Source of the DNA: Bacteroidales bacterium
GTDB lineage: Bacteria; Bacteroidota; Bacteroidia; Bacteroidales; SZUA-534
Direction of reading: 5' to 3'
DNA length: 64,000 nt
NCBI GenBank assembly: GCA_046704385.1
Contig: JBJKSB010000079.1
Coordinates: 51,427 to 115,426, forward strand
The notes under the pieces are model-generated. The model was not told the origin of the DNA. It saw nothing but the letters and a program-made list of their open reading frames with translations, and did no database searches. The stretch's first letter is position 1; each line of letters starts with the position of its first letter. The position numbers and the translations under genes are program-made. This document shows, in pieces, positions 58,943-64,000 of the stretch.

Positions 58943-58972
58943 AAGCCCTTCGGAAAACCGAAGGGCTTTTTT
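58943..58972 (+). terminator. Intrinsic terminator of the T9SS cargo gene
   Basis: A perfect 11-bp stem, aagcccttcgg/ccgaagggctt, with loop aaaa, is followed by tttt. Confidence 0.85.
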
Positions 58973-59238
58973 GATGCATGGTTGCATCAGGTATTATTCG
59001 ATCATCCTAAAGTGCAAAATGAAACTTTATCTGTTTGCTATAAAATTTACCAAGGGCATAACTTTGCTTTCCGCGAGTACCAAACTACTCTGCAAACCAC
59101 GTGTAGCTATAAGCTTTCACGGTGGCGCAAGCTCTGCCTTTTTACCAATATGACAGCCTCCCCGGTTGTTTCGGGATATCTCTTGAGGTTTCTTTCGTGT
59201 AAATCGTGATTTAAAAAAGGTTTTTTACGTTCAAACAA

Positions 59239-60702
59239 CTACCTTTTCCAAAAAGCAGGAGAGAATAAAATCAGGATAGTAAATAGTTCAAGCCTACCCA
59301 ACAACATTAAAAAACTGAGTAACCATTTACCTAAATCGGGTATATGGCTATAATTTGCAAATGGACCTACAGATCCCAAACCAGGACCTATATTTCCTAA
59401 TGATGCGGCTACTGAGCCCATCGCCGATTCCACATCAAGACCCAAAGCAGCCATTATTATAGACCCCATTGTAAAAACCAACAGATAAAATACAACAAAG
59501 GCCAAAACATTTTCAACCAATTGGGCCGGCACAGTTTTTTTGTTCAACCGCATTGGCAAAACAGCCTTAGGGTGAACCAACCGCTTTAATTCCCAATAAG
59601 TGTTCTTTAAAATTAGCAACACCCTGATTACTTTAATACCGCCACCAGATGAACCGGATGAACCACCCACAAACATTAAAGTAAAAACCAAAGCAACTAA
59701 TATAGAGGGCCATAAAAAGTAATTAGCAGTTACGTATCCGGTTGTTGTTATTATGGATACCACCTGAAATAATCCTTCACGAAAAGCTTTTTCCGGGCCG
59801 GTACCAACAATGAAAAATAAACCCACTGCCACTGCCAAAGCAAAAAACAGTATTATTAAAATATAAGTCCGAAACTCTTCGTTTCGCAAAATTTTTTTGA
59901 ATTGAAATTTAAGTGCAAAATAGGGCAGCGTGAAGTTTACACCCGCTATAAACATGAAAAGGATAAAAATGTATTGAGTCATTGGATTGGTAAAATGAGC
60001 AATACTATCCTGTTTGGTGGAGTAACCTCCTGTAGCCATCGTAGTAAATGAATGATTTACTGCGTCGAAAAAACTAACCCCACTTAACCAAAGCAACAAT
60101 ATTTCAGCTGCTGTAAATCCCACGTAAATGATCCACAACCGTTGTGCTGTTTCTTTTATCCTGGGATGCATTTTATCGGGAGTTAAACCCTGCGCTTCAG
60201 CAGAAAAAAGCTGTACACCACCCACACCCAAAAAAGGAAGTATAGCCAGCGAAAGCACGATTATTCCCATACCTCCCATCCATTGCGTTAAACTACGCCA
60301 GAATAAGATCCCCTGGGGCAGCGCTTCTATATTATTTAAAACAGATGCCCCGGTGGTAGTAAAACCAGATATGGTTTCGAAAAAGGCATCGGTAAACCGG
60401 GGAATAGCTCCACTAAGGATAAATGGCAAAACCCCGAAAAGTGAAAAAACAATCCAAACCAGACTTACTATAATATAGCCTTCACGCTTTCCAAATTCCC
60501 GAACAGCATCACGGGTAAAATATACGGTGCTTGCACCAATAATAAAAGTAATAAGGAATGAAACAATAAATGCCATACTTGATTCATCCTCATAGTATAC
60601 CGATACTAAAAATGATATAAATAAAAAAAATGATTCCAGCACCAATAGATAACCTAACAGCCTGAAAATGATTTTTTTATTAATCATTGAAAAGGTATTC
60701 AT
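59239..60702 (-). CDS. trkH: Trk-system potassium uptake protein TrkH
   Basis: 487 aa, polytopic, with selectivity-filter-like repeats (SGFTTTGAS; TMATGGYST; ITTTGYV; VGGSSGSSGGGIKV). It lies downstream of trkA. Confidence 0.85.
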   Translation of the reverse strand: MNTFSMINKKIIFRLLGYLLVLESFFLFISFLVSVYYEDESSMAFIVSFLITFIIGASTVYFTRDAVREFGKREGYIIVSLVWIVFSLFGVLPFILSGAIPRFTDAFFETISGFTTTGASVLNNIEALPQGILFWRSLTQWMGGMGIIVLSLAILPFLGVGGVQLFSAEAQGLTPDKMHPRIKETAQRLWIIYVGFTAAEILLLWLSGVSFFDAVNHSFTTMATGGYSTKQDSIAHFTNPMTQYIFILFMFIAGVNFTLPYFALKFQFKKILRNEEFRTYILIILFFALAVAVGLFFIVGTGPEKAFREGLFQVVSIITTTGYVTANYFLWPSILVALVFTLMFVGGSSGSSGGGIKVIRVLLILKNTYWELKRLVHPKAVLPMRLNKKTVPAQLVENVLAFVVFYLLVFTMGSIIMAALGLDVESAMGSVAASLGNIGPGLGSVGPFANYSHIPDLGKWLLSFLMLLGRLELFTILILFSPAFWKR

Positions 60703-60707
60703 CAGGC

Positions 60708-62048
60708 CTAATTAAAAAATTTATCCACTTTTTGTAGTGCTGAAGGAAGTGCAAATACAACCACCCGGTCCATCGGGCGAATTTGTGTATCACCATTTGC
60801 AATAAAACTTGATCGGTCACGTATAACCCCACCAATTACTGCATCTTTTGGAAAATCAAGGCTACGGAGTTCACCTTTCGTAATTTTTGAATCATGTTTT
60901 ACTATAAATTCCAGCACCTCTGCATCAGAACCGGTAAGACACAGGAACGACGGAACTTCAGCCGTCATGGTAAAACGCAATATATAACTGGCAGCAATAA
61001 GTTTTTTATTTATAATGGCATCAATCCCCATGGTTTCAGCCAAATGCAAATAATCAATATTTTCAACCGAAGCAATGGCTTTTTTCACACCTAAATTTTT
61101 TGCCTGGATACAGGAAAGTATATTTAATTCATCGTTCCCGGTTACCCCGATGAATACATCCATCATTGAAAGGCCTTCTTCTTTAAGTGTCTCAATATCT
61201 CTCCCATCGGCATGTATAACCAACGAATTGGTTAAATAATCGGCTAGTTGTTCCGATTTATCTTTGTCAATTTCAATCAATTTAATGTTCGCACTTTTTT
61301 CCAGGGCATGTGCAGTTCTAACTCCCATCTGACTTCCACCCAAAATCATGATATTATTACAGGACAACCTACGGGTTCCGGCATATTCCATCATTTGTGT
61401 AACCCCTTTTTGGTTAGTGATTACATATACCAAATCGCCCTCGCTAAAAACCTCGTTTGGCCTGGGAATGTGTGTGGTGCCATTTCTTGTAACTGCAACC
61501 GCCCTAAAAACAATTTCGTCACTGTTTATGGCTACTTCCGAAAGCTTTTGTCCGATAATTGGAGCATCGCTTTCAAGTTTAATTACAAAAAGTGATAATT
61601 TATCGCCTGAAAAATTAAATACTTCCGTGGTACCCGTCTCATTCAACAAATTAATAATTTCCCTGGCTGCCAACCGCTGAGGATAAATCAACGAATCAAT
61701 CCCCATATTATAAAAATGCGATTTATTTAATGGCAAAAGATATTCCTGATTATCAATACGAGCAATGGTTTTTTTTGCGCCCAGCTGTTTGGCCAGCATA
61801 CAAGCTGTAATATTAATTTCAACCGTATGTGTCAAAGCAACAAAAAGGTCGGCACGTTTAATTCCGGCTTCTTTAAGATCGGCAAATGAAGTGGCTGACC
61901 CGTGCACTGTCATTACATCGTAGTGCGCACTAACATCGTGCAACATTTCCTCTTTCTTATCAATAACAACAATCTCATGTGTACCATCCGACAACATTTT
62001 TGTCATATGCATTCCGATGGCTCCCATCCCGGCAATGATAATTCTCAT
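60708..62048 (-). CDS. trkA: Trk-system potassium uptake protein TrkA (tandem RCK/NAD-binding domains)
   Basis: MRIIIAGMGAIGMH and a second Rossmann IMILGGSQMGVRTA, each followed by a TrkA_C-like region. Confidence 0.9.
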   Translation of the reverse strand: MRIIIAGMGAIGMHMTKMLSDGTHEIVVIDKKEEMLHDVSAHYDVMTVHGSATSFADLKEAGIKRADLFVALTHTVEINITACMLAKQLGAKKTIARIDNQEYLLPLNKSHFYNMGIDSLIYPQRLAAREIINLLNETGTTEVFNFSGDKLSLFVIKLESDAPIIGQKLSEVAINSDEIVFRAVAVTRNGTTHIPRPNEVFSEGDLVYVITNQKGVTQMMEYAGTRRLSCNNIMILGGSQMGVRTAHALEKSANIKLIEIDKDKSEQLADYLTNSLVIHADGRDIETLKEEGLSMMDVFIGVTGNDELNILSCIQAKNLGVKKAIASVENIDYLHLAETMGIDAIINKKLIAASYILRFTMTAEVPSFLCLTGSDAEVLEFIVKHDSKITKGELRSLDFPKDAVIGGVIRDRSSFIANGDTQIRPMDRVVVFALPSALQKVDKFFN

Positions 62049-62201
62049 ATCGTAAAAAAATTAAAACGCAAAGTAAAATATATTAAAACTACAATTCCAA
62101 AATACAGGAGATTTTTTTTAGTAAAAAATTGCATTTTAATGATAACGTTTTCCCTTAGTTAATTTAATGATTATTAATTCAATATAAACATTTTTTGTTT
62201 A

Positions 62202-64000
62202 TTAATTATTAACCTTTATGTAAGCTCCTTGTTCAGCAGTAGCAAAACTTGCTGTTTGAGATGTTTCCCTTCTGAATTTATCTATTTTCCAAAATGGAAC
62301 CGAACCATCGATAATAATATTCTTAAATTTTATTTTTTGAGGTATATCACTTAGATTAAATGATGGATTTCCGGTTACTATAAGGTAATCAAAACAAAGG
62401 GTATCAACTGGGATACCAGGTATTTCAGAGTTTGTATGAATTAACAATCCCTTAATATCATGAAACGACCAAAATCCATTTTTATAAAACCAATCCCTTT
62501 CCTGAATTGTGGTGTCAGATATTCTGTCAAAAACTAAACTACAACATTTTCGGGTATTCCAGTATAAATTACCATCCTGCATCATACTGCTCCGTACTTT
62601 TTGATCGGTTTGCTCAGAAAACATCCAGTTCGATTGATCATTATTAACAAATTGTAATCCTGTACCCCTGGTAACCTGATATACGCACAGGGCTGATTGA
62701 TTCGCCCGAACCTTCTGTTTTAAAACATTTCCCAAACCCATGGACATAATCAACATCAGACTAATAAGTAACGGATAGTATCTTTTTGAAACCAACCAAA
62801 AACTCATGAAAAAAATAATACCATAAATTAATAATATTTGCATTCCACTGAATCCCAGATCATTTACAAGTGCTCCTGGCAAATTATTTATAAAATCAAT
62901 AAAATGCTGATTTACCATTAACAACATATCAGTTACTTTTCCTATAAACCCGGCCACAATATGCCATGGGGAAATAATTAATAAGAATATGGCCATAGTA
63001 AAAATAATAAATGCCATAAGTGAAACCCCCAGATTTGAAAACCAGAAATAGATGGGAAATTGATGAAAATGCTTTATGGTAAGTGGAAAAGTAGCCAACT
63101 GTGCAGCAATGGATACTGCCGTTAATTCCCAGGCCCATCTGAGGGGTAAGAATTTAACATAGAATAACCTTGAAATTTTTGGCTGAAAAAAAACAATTCC
63201 TGTCAGAGCAAAATACGAAAGCTTGAAGCCAAGATTAAAGAGTAAAAGCGGATTTAGTGACAATAATATAAAAGCCGAAGCGGCCAGGGAATTATATATA
63301 CTAATGTTCCGGTTTAGTAATTTACCTCCCATTAAAAATGAAATCATTACGGTTGCGCGCAACACGGACGGAGATAATCCTGTAATAAAAGCATAGACCC
63401 AAATGCCGGCAAAAACAAGCAAAAACCTAAACCTGATGAATTTTTTTAACCACCCAGATAAGGATAAAATCCAATTAAGAATCCAGTAAAGAATTCCTAC
63501 GTGTAAACCCGAAACTGCCAACACATGCATCGCTCCGGCGGCACTATATGCCGATTTTAACTTCGCATCCAACTGGTTTTTATAGCCCAAAGTCAATGCC
63601 GACAATACTGCAAGATGGTCCCCGGTTATGCCGTTTTCACTATAAACAGATAAAAGCGATTGCCTAAAGTTTAAGGCTTTGTTTTTTATGCCACTTACTT
63701 TATTATCAAGCAATTCCCAATCATTATTCCCTACAAAGGATGTATAACCTATCTGTTTTAATTTAAGGTAGCTGCCATAATCGAACCCGAATGGATTTTG
63801 ATTGGATTTGGTTTCATTGAGCTGTGTATTAAAAACAATTTTTTGTCCTGCTTTAAGTGAAGCAACTGAACTATCTTTTTTAAAAAACACTAATAGTTTG
63901 AAGTCGGTTTCCTTCCAAAAATTTTCCGTTTTTTGAGCCTCAACATGAACCTCGCATTTAAAACCATTTTTAGTATGTTGGGGTATCTGGGTCAGCTCAC
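62202..64000 (-). CDS. comEC: ComEC/Rec2-family competence membrane protein (5' end beyond the window)
   Basis: Competence-domain TM bundle (SAAGAMHVLAVSGLHVGILYWIL...). My hand translation shows the frame stays open from 63890 to the window edge (...HVEAQKTENFWKETDFKLLVFFKKD), so the true start lies outside the window. Confidence 0.8.
   Translation of the reverse strand, partial: ELTQIPQHTKNGFKCEVHVEAQKTENFWKETDFKLLVFFKKDSSVASLKAGQKIVFNTQLNETKSNQNPFGFDYGSYLKLKQIGYTSFVGNNDWELLDNKVSGIKNKALNFRQSLLSVYSENGITGDHLAVLSALTLGYKNQLDAKLKSAYSAAGAMHVLAVSGLHVGILYWILNWILSLSGWLKKFIRFRFLLVFAGIWVYAFITGLSPSVLRATVMISFLMGGKLLNRNISIYNSLAASAFILLSLNPLLLFNLGFKLSYFALTGIVFFQPKISRLFYVKFLPLRWAWELTAVSIAAQLATFPLTIKHFHQFPIYFWFSNLGVSLMAFIIFTMAIFLLIISPWHIVAGFIGKVTDMLLMVNQHFIDFINNLPGALVNDLGFSGMQILLIYGIIFFMSFWLVSKRYYPLLISLMLIMSMGLGNVLKQKVRANQSALCVYQVTRGTGLQFVNNDQSNWMFSEQTDQKVRSSMMQDGNLYWNTRKCCSLVFDRISDTTIQERDWFYKNGFWSFHDIKGLLIHTNSEIPGIPVDTLCFDYLIVTGNPSFNLSDIPQKIKFKNIIIDGSVPFWKIDKFRRETSQTASFATAEQGAYIKVNN

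Noticed and set aside
58971-59209. Two overlapping plus-strand ORFs (60 and 75 aa) downstream of the T9SS cargo gene.
   Set aside because: Both initiate at TTG within or immediately after the terminator hairpin, and I see no protein-like hydrophobic periodicity or known motif.
1-64000. A window-wide look for CRISPR arrays, tRNA/rRNA genes, transposases, integrases, phage genes, toxin-antitoxin pairs and known defence-system signatures.
   Set aside because: I noticed no regularly spaced direct repeats, no tRNA-like T-arm/acceptor patterns in any spacer, and no ORF with DDE, tyrosine- or serine-recombinase, RT, or typical defence-specific ATPase or nuclease motifs. RmuC and the DEDDh exonuclease appear to be housekeeping genes.

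Overview
This 64 kb window looks like a chromosomal segment from a low-GC member of the Bacteroidota. Supporting evidence: gldF/gldG gliding genes, a T9SS C-terminal sorting domain, an ECF-sigma/FecR/TonB-receptor/DUF4249 cluster, TAnnTTTG-type promoter motifs, and many TPR or beta-propeller sensor kinases. I call 48 protein-coding genes, one of them a sub-60-aa ORF that I translated by hand. From 361 to 36731 every gene but one is on the minus strand: porin-pstBACS, a LuxR-type two-component pair, the ECF/FecR/TBDR/DUF4249 cluster, a sugar MFS transporter, a marR-RND efflux operon, an L-fucose cluster (fucR-like, fucI, fucK, mutarotase, fucP), an outer-membrane protein, DUF502, an SDR, and two paralogous TPR sensors. 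From 37022 to 48963 all genes are on the plus strand: yebC, gldF, gldG, DUF4340, dnaN, two tandem TPR/PD40 proteins, a DEDDh exonuclease, a FAH-family gene, a lipoprotein and sfsA. After that the strands are mixed: a Y_Y_Y propeller histidine kinase, rmuC, a TPR kinase-like protein, a T9SS cargo protein, trkH/trkA, and comEC running off the window end. I found no rRNA, tRNA, CRISPR array, transposase, integrase or recognisable defence island. The region reads as core or housekeeping plus environmental sensing, and I cannot point to a clear-cut novel system. The items most worth a second look are: (1) a GNAT + RimK-N-terminal-like + ATP-grasp fusion enzyme (21622-23589), an orphan candidate for N-acyl peptide or osmolyte synthesis; (2) adjacent paralogous lipoprotein-TPR sensors with swapped outputs (LytS-type kinase versus PP2C/SpoIIE), plus a third TPR kinase whose H-box seems to lack the histidine; (3) the STN-TonB receptor/DUF4249/lipocalin cluster under ECF/FecR control; (4) a G+C-rich non-coding tract at about 120-360; (5) two families of short G+C-rich dispersed repeats in intergenic spacers. 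All functional calls come from motif recognition by eye on the supplied translations. No database search was run.
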